Source: the human T2T-CHM13v2.0 reference genome, Homo sapiens
Assembly: GCF_009914755.1 (NCBI RefSeq)
Contig: NC_060933.1
DNA: 64,000 nt
Strand: one strand, 5' to 3'
Shown here in pieces: positions 28,119 through 41,031 of the stretch; the stretch's first letter is position 1; each line of letters begins with the position of its first letter. The translations under genes were made by a program, and so were the position numbers. Under the pieces are notes generated by a model. It worked only from the letters and a program-made list of their open reading frames with translations. It was not told the origin of the DNA and did not search any database.

Positions 28119-31100
28119 TCCAACCAGCACTTTGGCTTTGAAGCCACTGCCTGATGTTGACACTTTGTAGATGTAGTATGACTATTCTTATATGTCTCTA
28201 TCTACTGATGAGGATCCTACTCTTTTAGTATAAAGAGTACCATTGACTTCCAATCAACTAGTTTCGATAATATCTGAAAGATATTAAATAACCTGACACT
28301 AGCCTTAGTAACCGACACCTTACTGGCCCTACTACTACTAATAATTACATTTTTACTTCCACAAATTAATATTTATATAGATAAATCCAGCCCCTATGAA
28401 GGCAGATTTGACCCAATAACCTCCAACTGCCTCCCCTTTTCCATAAAATTCTTCCTGGTAGCCAACACATTTCTCCTCTTAGACTTAGAAATCGCTCTAA
28501 TACTACCCCTGCCATGAGCTATTCAAACAAATTACCTAACAACAATAATCACCACAGCCCTTATACTAGTTATCATTTTAATCCTAGGCTTAATTTACAA
28601 AAGAACTCAAAAAGGGTTAGATTGAATTGAATTGGTAAATAGTTTAAGTCAAAAGAAATGATTTCGATTCATTAGATTATAATAAACCATATTTACCAAA
28701 TGCCCTCTATTTACATCAACATTATATTACCATATACCATATCACTACTGGTAAAATTAATCTATCAAACCCACCTAATATCATCCCTATGTGCCTAGAA
28801 GGCATAATACTGTCAATATTTATCATAATTACCCTTATAACTTTAAATATACATTTTACTCTAGCATCTATAATACCCATTATCCTCCTAGTATTTGCTG
28901 CCTGTGAAGCCGCAGTGGGCCTTGCCTTATTAGTTTCAATCTCCAACACATACGGCCTAGATTACACACAAAATCTAAATTTACTTCAGTGCTAAAAATT
29001 ATTCCGACAATTATGCTGTTACCAATAATATGATTCTCTAAAAATTCTATAATCTGAATTAACATGACCATCCACAGCCTACTTATCAGCCTCATCACCC
29101 TATTGTTTTTTAACCAATTCAACAGTAACTCATCCAACTTCTCACTAGTTTTCTCTTCTGATCTGCTGATGTCACCCCTCCTAATTTTAACAGCCTATTA
29201 CCTTTTATAATCCTAGCAAGCCAATATTAACTGTTCAATGAATCACCCCCACAAAAAAGCTCTATATTTCTATATTGATTTCCCTGCAGATTTTTTAAAA
29301 TTATAGCATTCACAGCCACAGAACTAATTATATTTTATATTTTCTTTGAAGCCACACTAATTCCTACCCTAATTATTATTATCACCCGCTGAGGGAACCA
29401 ACCAGAACGCCTCAATGCAAGCTCATATTTCCTATTGTACACACTAGTAGGGTCCCTTCCTCTACTTGTTACACTTGTCTACACTTTAAATACTTCAGAT
29501 TCTCTAAATATGCTAGTAATGATATTTACTGACCAAGAACTGTTAGCCTCCTTATCCAATAATCTTATATGACTAGCATGTATTATGGCCTTTATAGTAA
29601 AAATAACTCTATTCGGACTTCACCTGTGACTCCCAAAAGCCCATGTAGAAGCCCCTATTGCCGGCTCAACAGTACTTGCAGCGGTACTCCTAAAACTAGG
29701 CGGCTGCGGTATAATACGGCTTACCCTTATCCTCAGCCCCCTAACAGAATATATAGCCTACCCCTTCCTCACACTATCCCTATGAGGGATAGTTATGACA
29801 AGCTCCATTTGTCTACAAACCGATGTAAAATCACTTATTGCCTACTCCTCTGTAAGCCATATACCACTTGTCATCATAGCTCTCCTAATCCAAACCCCTT
29901 GAAGCTTTACAGGTGCCGTCACCCTTATAATTACCCATGGAGTCACTTCATCCCTGTTATTCTGCCTAGCAAATTCCAACTACGAGTGAGTCCAAAACGG
30001 AATCATATACTTACCTGAGGCCTTCAAATACTCCTCCCACTGATATAGCCTCATGATGACTTCTAGCAAATCTCACTAATCTTGCCTTACCCCTACCATT
30101 AATCTAGTAAGGGAACTCTCTGTGATCATGGCTTCATTCTCCTGATCAAACATCACTATTATGCTTACAGGACTTAATATACTAATTACAACCCTCTACT
30201 CCCTACATGTACCAATCACAACACAATGAGGGACACTTACATATTACATTAACAGTTAAACCTTCCTTTATACGAGAAAATACATTAATATTTATACATG
30301 TTACACCTATTCTTCTATTATCCTAAATCCTAAAATTATTATGGGCTTTACATGCTGTAGCTATAGTTTAACCAAAACATTAAATTGTGGATCTAATAAT
30401 AGAAGCCTGCAACTTCTTATCTACCAAGAAAGTATGCAAGAACTGCTAACTCATGCCCCCATGCCTAACAATATGGCTTTCTCAACTTTTAAAGGATTGG
30501 AGTCATCCGTTGGCCTTAGGAACCAAAAACATTGGTGCAACTCCAAAGAAAAGTAACAAATATGTATTTTTCCACTACTATAATAGCCCTAATCGCCTTA
30601 ATCACACCAATTATTACGTTAGTCAACCCCTGCAAAAGAAGATTCATACCCAAATTACATAAAAATAGCCATCACATGCGCCTTCACCATTAGCCTCATC
30701 CCAACGTTTATATATACAGACCAAGAAGTCATTATCTCAAACTGACATTGAATGACAATCCCAACTCTTGAACTCTCACTAAGCTTTAGACTACTTCTCC
30801 ATAATATTTATTCTAGTAGCACTATTTGTTACCTGTAGAATTCTCAATATGATATATAAACTCAGACCCTAACATTAATCAATTTTTCAAATATTTTCCT
30901 CATCACAGTATTCTTCCAATATTCCACCAACAAACTCTTTCAACTCTTTATCGGATGAGAAGGTATAGGAATCATGTCTTTCTTACTAACTGGCTGACAA
31001 TATGGCCGAGCAGATGCTAATACAGCAGCCCTCCAAGCAGTCCTGCACAATCGCATCGGCGATATTGGTTTTATTTTAGTTATAGCATGGTTCCTCTTTT

Positions 31101-31816
31101 CCTCCAACACATGAGAGATTCAACAAGCATTCATTCTAAACCCTACCTCTAATCCCCTTCCATTAATTCGCCTTCTCTTAGCAGCAGCAGGAAAGTCAGC
31201 TAAATTCGGCCTCCATCCCTGACTTCCATCCGCCATAGAAGGCCCAACCCCAGCCTCAGCCCTGCTCCACTCCAGCACTATAGTTGTAGCAGGAGTTTTC
31301 CTGCTCATCCGCTTCTACCCTTTAATAGAAAATAACCTCTGAACCCAAACCTTTACATTATCTCCAGGGGCTGTTACCACCTTATTTACAGCAATCTGCG
31401 CTCTAACACAAAATGATATTTAAAAAATCATAGCATTCTCCACCTCAAGTCAGCTGGGCCTTACGATAGTCACAATTGGCATTAATCAGCCACATCTAGC
31501 ATTCCTTCACATGTGCACCCACACCTTTTTTAAAGCTATATTATTTATATGCTCAGGCTCCATCATCCACAATCTCAATGATGAACAAGATATTTGAAAA
31601 ATAGGACTATTCAAGACTTTACCCTTCACTTCCTCTTCCCTTATTATTGGTAGCCTTGCACTTACAGATATGCCTTTCTTCACAGGCTTTTACTCTAAAG
31701 ACCTTATTATCGAAACCACAAATACTGTCATATACCAACGCCTGAGCCCTTTCTATTACTCTTACTGCCACCTCCTTAACTGCTGGCTATAGTACCCGTG
31801 TTATTTTCTTTGCTCT
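28119..31816 (+). pseudogene. NUMT: end of COX3, tRNA-Gly, ND3, tRNA-Arg, ND4L, ND4, tRNA-His/Ser/Leu, 5' part of ND5
   Basis: ND4[25 protein letters not shown]; ND4 [12 protein letters not shown]; ND5 [14 protein letters not shown]; ends ...TTTGCTCT. Confidence 0.95.
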
Positions 31817-34499
31817 GCGGACTGGCCATGCAGGAGTGGTAAGGGCCCGGGCCACGCGCGACGCCTGGGGGCCCTGCTGCATCGCCCGTTTGTTCGGGGA
31901 AGGTGGGGGGGACGCTTCATGCCGCCGCGCCCAGCAGGGTTTCCATGTCTGAGATGCCCGCCCTGGCCCCAAGAGAATGAACCAGCCGCAGAGGATGGCA
32001 TCCGTGGACACGGACAAGGAGCTCAGTAACCTGGACTTCAGCATGATGTTCCCGCTGCCCGTTGCCAACGGGAAGGGCCGGCCCGCCTCCCTGGCCGGGG
32101 CGCAATTCAGAGGTTCAGGTCTTGAGAACTGGCCCAGCTCAGGCTCCTGGGGCAGCGGCGACCAGAACAGCTCCTCCTTTGACCCCAGCTGGACGTTCAG
32201 CGAAGGCGCTCAACTTGCTGAGTCGCACGGCAGCCACTCTCCATTCACATTCCTGGGACCGGGACTCGGAGGCAAGAGCAGCTAGCGGGGCCTATTCCTC
32301 CTTTGGTAGAGACGCAGGCGTGCGCAGCCTGACTCAGGCTGGCTTCCTGCCGGGCAAGCTGGCCCTCAGCAGCCCCGGACCCCTGTCCCCCTCAGGCATG
32401 AAGGGGACCTCCCGGTACTACCCTCCTACGCCAGCAGCTCTGGCGGACAGAGGCGGACAGCGGCCTGGACACGCAGCCCACGAAGGTCGGGAAGGTCCCG
32501 CCTGGTCTTCCATCCTCGGCGTACCTGCCCAGCTCAGGTGAGGAGTACGGTAGGGATGCCGCCGCCTATCCATCCGCCAAGACGCCCAGCAGCGCCTGTC
32601 CCGCCCCCTTCTACATGGCAGATGGCAGCCTGCACCCCTAAGCCGAGCTCTGGAGTTCCCTGGGCCAGGTGGGCTTTGGCCCCATGCTGGGCGGGGGCTC
32701 ATGCCCCTCGTCCCTCCCGCCCAGCAGCGGCCCTGTGGGCAGTGGCGGAGGCAGCAGCACGTTTGGCGGCCTGCACCAGCACGAGCGCGTGGGCTACCGG
32801 CTGCACGGAGGAGAAGTGAACGGTGGGCTTCCGGCTGCATCCACCTTCTCCTTGGCCCCCGGAGCCACGTAGGCGGCGTCTCCAGCCACACGCCTGTCGG
32901 CGGGGCCGACAACCTCCTGGGCTCCCGAGGGACCACAGCCAGCAGCTCTGGGGACGCCCTCGGGAAGGCCTGGCCTCAATCTACTCTCCGGATCACTCAA
33001 GCAATAACTTGTGGTCCAGCCCCTCCACCGCCGTGGGCTCCCCCCAGGGCCTGGGAGGGACGTCGCACTAGCCTGGAGCAGGAGTCCCTGGTGCCTTATC
33101 ACCCAGCTACGACGGGGGTCTCCACGGCCTGGAGAGTAAGATAGAAGACCACCTACCTGAACGAGGGCATCCACGTGCTCTGCAGCCACGCCATGGGCAC
33201 GGCTAGCAACGTGCACACGCTGCTACCCGGCCACCGGGCGCTGGCCTTGGGCTTCGCCGGCCCCATGCTGCTGGTGGGGGCAGCACGCAGGCCTGGTTGG
33301 AGGCGAACACCCTGAGGACGGCCCTGCGGGCAGCGCCAGCCTCATGCATATCCATGTTGCCCTCTCCAGCTAGCCAGGCGCCCTCCCCGACCTCTCTTGG
33401 CCTTCCGACTCCTGCAGTGGGCTAGGGCGAGCAGGCCACTGGGGAAATCAAGCGGGAGGAGGAGGATGAGGAGAACACGTCGGCGGCTGACCACTCAAGA
33501 GGAGAAGAAGGAGCTGAAGGACCCCCGGGACCGGACCAGCCCAGACAAGGACGAGGAGGAAGATGACCTTTTCCCCCCAGAGCAGAAGGCCGAGTGGGAG
33601 AAGCAGGTGGCCAATAACGCCAGGGAGCGGCTGCGGGTCCCTTAAGAGGGCTCTTAAGGAGCTGGGGCGCATGTGGCAACTGCACCTCAACAGCGAGAAG
33701 CCCCAGACCAAACTCCTTATCCTGCACCAGGCCGTCTCGGTCATCCTGAATTTGGAGCAGCAAGTGCGAGAGCGGAACCTGAATCCCAAAACAGCCTGTT
33801 TGAAACGGCGAGAAGAGAAGGTGTCGCGCGTGTTCGGAGGCCCCCAGATGGTGCTTTCAGCTGCCCACCTGGGCTTGAGTGAAGCCCACAACCCCGCTGG
33901 GCACATGTGAAAGGTACGCCTCCGTGGGACGAGCCACCCGCCCTCAGCCCCGTGGGCTGGGCCCAGAACGCCCACTTGAGGCCCTGGGCTTCATCCACAT
34001 CCACACCTCACACAACTGTTGTCAGCATTGAGCCAACACCGACCTGATGAGGCTCAGAGTGATGGGGGCAAGGAAGGTGAGTGATGGGGGTGAGGAAGGT
34101 GACGCTGGGTCCAGGAGCTCCCTGGGACCCCGGCTCACCCCTCACTGGCCTCGCTCCCCCTGCCCCCGTATCTCAGCCACCATGTCACCCTGTGACCTGC
34201 CCCATGGACCCTGAAACTGCATCTTGGCCCTGTTGTCTGGGCTGGCAGGAGCTTTTTTTTTTTTTTTTTTTTTTTTTTCCAGTAAACAAAACCTGAATGC
34301 AAGCAACAAAACATACACTTTGTCAGAAAAGAAAAAAATGCCTTAACTATAAAATGTGGAGAAATCGTAACATATCACTTGAGGGAGATGCTGTGGAAAC
34401 TTGGCTTATTCTTCAAAAGCCAGCAGCAAATTGTGCCTAAGCGTAATTTTTTTTAAGGAAAATAAAAAGAACATTAGTTATTTAAAAAAAAAAAAAAAA
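31817..34499 (+). pseudogene. TCF3P1: TCF3 (E2A) processed pseudogene, E12 isoform, with 5' UTR, 3' UTR and poly(A)
   Basis: ATG 31977 [17 protein letters not shown]; E12-specific [18 protein letters not shown] and [22 protein letters not shown]; ends AHNPAGHM* at 33910; AATAAA 34461, A16 at 34484-34499. Confidence 0.95.
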
Positions 34500-36005
34500 C
34501 CTGGACTGACCTTGGCCAGGCTGGATCAGACTGGCCTAGAGTAGACTTCAGAGGGTGACTCCCCTGGTGGGCTGGTCTCAGCTGATCTTGACTGTCCCGC
34601 CTCCACACAGGGCCCATCCATCTTCCTCTTGATCCCCTGCTGCAAAGACATTGCCTCTGATGCCACCTCCATGAACCTGGGCTGCCTGGCCACAGGCTAC
34701 TTCCTGAAGTCAGTGACTGTGACCTGGGACACAGGCTCCCTCAACAGGAGCGCTGGGACCTTCCCAGCCACCACCCTCACGCCCTCTGGCCATTACGCCA
34801 TCACCAGCCAGCTGACTGCCTCGGGTGCGTGGGCCAAACGCTCACCTGCAGCGTGGCACACACTCTGTGGTCCGCAGACCAGGTCAGTACCTTCAGCATC
34901 TACTCCAGGGACTTCACCCTCCCCACCGTGAAGATCTTACAGTCCTCCTGTGATGGCAGTGGACACTTACCCCCGACCATCCAGTTCCTGTGCCTCATCT
35001 CTGGGTACACCCAGGTGCCATCAGCATCACCTGGCTGGAGGATGGGCAGGTCGTGGATGTGAACTGGTCCATCGCCTCTCCCATACTGGAGGATGAGCTG
35101 GCCTCCACACAAAGCAAGCTCACCCTCACCCAGAAGCGCTGGCTGCCCGACCACACCTACACCTGCCAGGTCACCTATCAAGGTAACACCTTTGAGGACA
35201 GTGCCAAGAAGTGTGCAGATTCTAACCCGCAAGGGGTGAGCACCTACCTGAGCCGGTCCAGCCCCTTCTACCTGTTCATCCGCAAGTTGCCCACAATCAC
35301 CTGTCTGGTGGTGGACCTGGCACCCAGCAAGGAGAACGTGAAGCTGACTTGGTCCCAGGCCAGTGGGAAGTCTGTGGCTCAGGTCATCCTAAGGCAAGAG
35401 AAGCAGTGCAATGGCACGTTCACCATCACGTCCACCCTGCTGGTGGGCACCAGAGACTGGATCAAGGGGGAGACCTACCAGTGCAGGGTGACCCACACCC
35501 ACCTGCAGTCCACGACCAAGATCAGCGGCCCATGTGCTCCCCCACAGGTCTACGTGTTTGCAACGCTAGAAACGCCGAGGAACCAGGACAAGCGCACCCT
35601 CACCTGCCTGATCCAGAACTTCTGGCCCAAGGACATCTTGGTGCAGTGGCTGTACAACGAGGTGCAGCTCCCGGACACTTGGCACAGCATGACGCAGCCC
35701 CGCAAAACCAAGGGCTCTGGCGTCTTAGTCTTCAGCTGCCTGGAGGTTACCAGGGCTGAATGGGAACAGAAAAACGAGTTCATCTGCTCTGTGGTCCATG
35801 AGACAGCGACTGGCTCACAGACTGTCAAGTAACTGTTGTCTGTAAATCCCATTAAATGTCCTCCTGCCTTCCTCCCCACTAGGGCTCTGTCCAGCTGTGT
35901 GGTGGGAAGGGCTGGCCAGACCTTCTGTCCACTGTTGCAATGACCCCAGGAAGCCACCCCCAATAAACAGTGCCTGCTCAGAAAACAAACAAACAAACAA
36001 ACAAA
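34500..36005 (+). pseudogene. IGHEP2: IGHE (IgE constant, secreted form) processed pseudogene with non-VDJ leader
   Basis: CH1 starts GCCTCCACACAG at 34599; CH1-CH4 joined without introns; AATAAA 35962; (AAAC)n tail 35982-36005. Confidence 0.95.
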
Positions 36006-37122
36006 CATAAAAACCCTAGAGGAAAACCTAGGCAATACCATTCAGGACATAGGCATGGGCAAGGACTTCATGACTAAAACACCAAAAGCAATGGCAACAA
36101 AAGCCAAAATAGACAGATGGGATCTAATTAAACTAAACAGCTGCATAGCAAAAGAAACTGATCAGAGTGAACAGGCTACCTACAGAATGGGAAAAATTTT
36201 TTGCAATCTAGCCACCTGACAAAAGGCTAATATCAAGAATCTACAAAGAACTTAAACAAGTTTACAAGAAAAAAACAACCCCATCAAAAAGTGGGTAAAG
36301 GATATGAACAGACACTTCTCAAAAGAAGACATTTATGTGGCCAACAAACATATGAAAAAAAGCTCATCATCACTGGTCATCAGAGAAATGCAAATCAAAA
36401 CCAGAGTGAGGTACCATCTCATGCCAGTTAGAATGGCGATCATTAAAAAGTCAGGCAACAACAGATGCTGAAGAGGATGTGGAAAAACAGGAATGCTTTT
36501 ACATTGTTGATGGGAGTGTAAATTAGTTCAACCATTGTGGAAGACAGTGTGGCAATTCCTCCAGGATCCAGAGTTAGAAATACCATTTCACTGAGCAATT
36601 CCATTACTGGGTATATACCCAAAGGATTATAAATCATTCTACTATAAAGACACATGCACATGTATGTTTATTGTGGCACTTTTCACAATAGCAAAGACTT
36701 GGAACCAACCCAAATGCCCATCAATGATAGACTGGATAAAGAAAATGTGACACATATACACCATGGAATACTATGCAGCCATAAACAAGGATGAGTTCAT
36801 GTCCTTTGCAGGGACAAAGATGAAGCTAGAAACCATAATTCTCAGCAAACACAGGAACAGAAAACCATACACCACTTGTTCTCGCTGATAAGTGGGAGTT
36901 GAACAATGAGAACATATGGACACAGGGAGGGGAACATCACACACCAGGGCCTGTTGTTGGGTGGAGGGCTAGGGGAGGGATAGCTTTAAGAGAAATACCT
37001 AATGTAGTTGATGGGTTGATGGGTGCAGCAAACCACCATGACACGTGTATACCTACGTTAACAAACCTGCACCTTCTGCACATGTATCCCAAAACTTAAA
37101 GTATAATAAAATTTAAAAAAAA
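36006..37122 (+). mobile_element. 5'-truncated L1 (L1PA7/8-like) 3' end
   Basis: ORF2 C-terminal region, 3' UTR, AATAAA and A tail running directly into the 15-bp repeat. Confidence 0.93.
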
Positions 37123-37340
37123 AACAGTGAACATTTATTGTAGGCTTACATTGGGCTAAATGCATTTTATGGATAATCTCATTTAATCCTCATAACAACC
37201 CTTGGAGAACATGTATGATTATTATCTCTATTTTAAGCATGGAGAACTGAATAGCTTACCCAAGGTGGCATGACTAGTAAATCACTGGACCAGGATTTAA
37301 ACCCAAAAAGTCTGATCCCAGAGTTCATGCTTATAAGCCT
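37123..37340 (-). mobile_element. MIR whose edge is the right copy of the 15-bp repeat
   Basis: AACATTTATTG...ATCTCATTTAATCCTCATAACAACCC...CCCAAGGT MIR core. Confidence 0.8.
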
Positions 37341-38453
37341 TCCTAACCATGATAATGCTTTAATCTGGCATTAATTGTTCTCTAATTTGGGTAGGTTTGA
37401 AATTTTTCATAATAAATATTAAAAATACTTTTTGAGGAAATGTCGTCATGATAAACATTAGAACTGCGTTCATCTAATTACTTTTAGGGTATGAGTGAAA
37501 CTAAAAAGTAAGACTCATCTAAAAATAATCATCTGTTTTGGCCATATCCCCAGTGATACATGAATTTAATTGTTTTTATTGTTTTCAGAATGAAAAATTA
37601 AAGAGGTTAAATAAAATTAGCTGGCAATCAAAAAATATTAGTTATATGAAGATTCAGAGATTTGGTTATACTTAATGAATACAAGCTAATAAATATTTAT
37701 TAAGACTCTACTGTGCTCCAAATACTATACAGGGAGGTAGGGATATGAAGATAGGCTTAGCATCAGAAAAGGACTGTCCCTTAGTAGAAAGGCTGAACTA
37801 AAAGGAAAAGTTTGACGTGATAGGCAAATTCAACTGACAGGTCCACTACCCATAGTCCCTTCAAGAGCTCATAATTAGGAAAAGTCATATGTATAATATG
37901 GCACTTTCAATAATTAAGTGCAATAAGTGTAAGTGCAATAATTAAGGTACTGGGAAAACATAACAGTACAAATAATTCAGCTGAAGATTTATGTAAGATA
38001 ACTAAGATGACATTTCAACGATTGGTTGAATTGACCTCTCCCTCATGAATGGGATTAAGGCCCTTATAAGAGGCTTCATGCAGCATTTGGCTCCTCTTGC
38101 CTTTCCACTTTCATCCATGTGAGGACACGGCATTCCTCTCCTCTAAAAGATGTGGCAACAAGGCTCCCCTTGGAAGCAGAGAGCAGCCCTCACCACACAC
38201 CTGAACCTGCCAGCACCTTTATCATGGACTCCCAACCTCCAGAAGTATGAGAAATAAATTTCTGTTCTTTATAAATTATCCATTGTCAGGTACTCTGTTA
38301 TAGCAGCATACATGGACGCCCAGTACATCATGTTAATGAGTTCAGACCTTCTTTAGTAGACAGTGCGTAAGGTGGGAAATTAGAGGCTTTATCCAGGGGA
38401 ATAACATGGTGAGATTCATATTTTAGAAAGATAGCTCTACTTTTGTTATAGAA

Positions 38454-38872
38454 CAGCAGTTCTGAAAGTGTGGGGACTTTAGGGTGTCTGTGAAGTAAAA
38501 AATATTTTCATAATAATGGATGTTATTTGCTCTTTTCACTCATTTTTTCATAAGTATAGTTTTCCAGAGGCAATAAGATATGTTTTCTATTTAACCAAAC
38601 ATTGAAGAGACTTGCAAAAATGTAAAACAATGTGACTCTTATCAAAGTTTATTTTGGAAATAGTTGTTTTCCATAAAATACATTACTTATGTTAACAGGT
38701 AATGGTTTTATCTTAAATAAATTAATAAATATTTTTATATTTTATTAGCTTTAATATTTAATATGGTAAATACTGGTAGATATAACTCACAGAAACAAAA
38801 GTTTTTTGGCAACCTCAGTAATTTTTAAGAGTATACGAGGAAGCCTGAGATCAAAAGCTTTGAGAACTACTG
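38454..38872. mobile_element. hAT/Charlie-type DNA transposon remnant
   Basis: Imperfect terminal inverted repeats CAGCAGTTCTGAAAG and CTTTGAGAACTACTG. Confidence 0.55.
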
Positions 38873-39146
38873 ACAGAGGGGACGTTGTATTAATGAGAGG
38901 CTAATAGTAGAGAGGCAGCTAATTAGATTTTATGAGGATCTAGGCCACTGGTTTTCAAACCTTTTAAGTATATATGCTCACTAAAAGAATTTAGAAAAAC
39001 CACATCCTCTTACACATTTTTAAATTGATAGCTAATTTTTTTCTTTGTAAGTAGTTATAATGTATTTTCTAAAGTACTGTAAATATTGACATTTAAATAA
39101 CAGCTATGTCAATCCTTTAAATGTGTCCAACTGAATCTAAATAGTG

Positions 39147-39222
39147 CTTGCAGTGAGCGGAGACCTCGCCACTGCACTCCAGCCTGGGCGACAGAGCGAG
39201 ACTCCATCTCAAACAAACAAAT
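39147..39222 (+). mobile_element. Heavily 5'-truncated Alu
   Basis: Last ~65 bp of right arm plus A-rich tail; TSD TAAATAGTGC. Confidence 0.85.
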
Positions 39223-41031
39223 AAATAGTGCAGCAATTTGATACCCACTTATCACCCACTTAAAAAGATTATATGAATAGACTTTTATTTTTTTGTACAA
39301 ACTTTGTATCATTCCTTTTTCTCTTTAAAATAGTATTCCCACTTCCCTTCTCATTCCAAATTTTGCATAATATGTTACACTTTGTATTTGGATAATCTTA
39401 TGATCACCTATTTTCTTTGTAACCAAGATATGTATATAAGTAAGTTGAAATTAATTAAAAATTTTCCTGTGACCAACAAACTTGTAACTATTCACATTTT
39501 TCTTCTGGGTTATCATTGAAGTTACTAGGATACAGTTTTCCAAAGCAATGTAAATAACAAATTTGGATAATTGCTTTAAAAATTTTATTGGTGAATGGAA
39601 CAATCCCTCCCCTCCAATTGGTTTGTATATCCTCGGATGAATATTATTTATTTCTATAATGGGACAAGATTAAGCATAAATTCTGTGTTCATTTTGCACT
39701 TTACAGATGTAAACGCTGAGAAAACTTGTTTGTGTAAGTGAGTGGACAGGAATGGAAGGAGTTTTGTTATAATAGTATCATTCATTTCTATGACGCCTTC
39801 TGAGATATGCAGGAAAAAAGTACAGTAATATACCATTAAAAATTATCTGTTATTGGGCAGTTTCATTTGATCAGATCCATTATGTTTCAATTTTATTAAA
39901 AGCAGAGAATTAAAACCACTTGACTTTCAAAAATGAGTTTACTAACCAGTCATCAGGTTCATCTGTTTTCTCAATTTCTGAAAAGTATACCAAAAAGCTT
40001 TTAAAATTAATTCCAACTATATGTTACACTTTCACGTGGATGTACCTTGTTTAAACTAATACATTCAGAAAAGTTTGAAAAAACAGACTATTATTAATAC
40101 ATTATTATTAACATATTTTATCATGTTTTAAATATATGATTTAAACACAGCAAACCTCTCAGCTACCTCAAAGGTTGAGTAGATTTTGTGAAGAATGTCC
40201 TTCATACAACCCATTTGGTAATGCCAGGCATCAAACAAATCACTTAATTTCTGGCAGAAAAACTCAGACTTCATTTTTCAAGTCACTAAATATATTAATA
40301 ATATGTGATTTTTTTAAAACCTGAGAAACAAATGACAGAACAAATGCATGGAGGTATGTTTATTATGAAGCTAATGAAGCATATCCAGAGGTCCTCCTTC
40401 CAAGGTTCCTTTCTAATTTTAAATAGAAAATTATGCACTTTCATGTATAATTTTGTATTCTTTGTCATAATGAAAGCCTAAAAAAAAAAGGCTTCAAATT
40501 ATATAAGCTTTGGGACCTGTATCTCTGCCTATACATGTGAAAAAATCATGAGGGCAGTCAGGATAAGCTGAAGATGATATATATATCTGGCATAATTAAT
40601 TTCATATTATGAAAATAAGATAATTTCTCATTACTTAATTTGCAATAAATAATACAGAGTAAAATATGGCTAAGATTATAACTTATGAAGTAAGGTATAT
40701 GGTACATGGCATGGTCATTCCTTCAGTAAATGTGTTAGGGGGAGGTATGAAGTGAATTCTGACTTTGGGGAATAATTAGAAGCAACTTGTATGAAAATCA
40801 GAAATAACTTATTTTTCCTCATGATCAAAATTTTCATATGTACTTAATGAACACAAAAAATATATACTGCTAAAAGCAAATCAGGCAGTTAGCATATAGT
40901 TTTATTTTTATATTTGCAAGTAGAAAATAAATATTTTATACAATGAAATGAAGTTCATTAAATTTTATGTAAATATTTTAGAATATGAGTTGATAAAATA
41001 AGTTTGAGCTAACTTATTGAATAATAAACAC

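Noticed and set aside
31787-33216. Many overlapping ORFs on both strands
   Set aside because: Expected in GC-rich frameshifted TCF3 pseudogene sequence; no independent protein signature.
31818-34511. CGGACTGGCC (31818) versus TGGACTGACC (34502) as a separate TSD for TCF3P1
   Set aside because: Only 8/10 identity, GC-rich and unlike an L1 endonuclease site, and similar motifs recur in the switch-like leader. Not fully excluded: if real, TCF3P1 was a later insertion into the composite.
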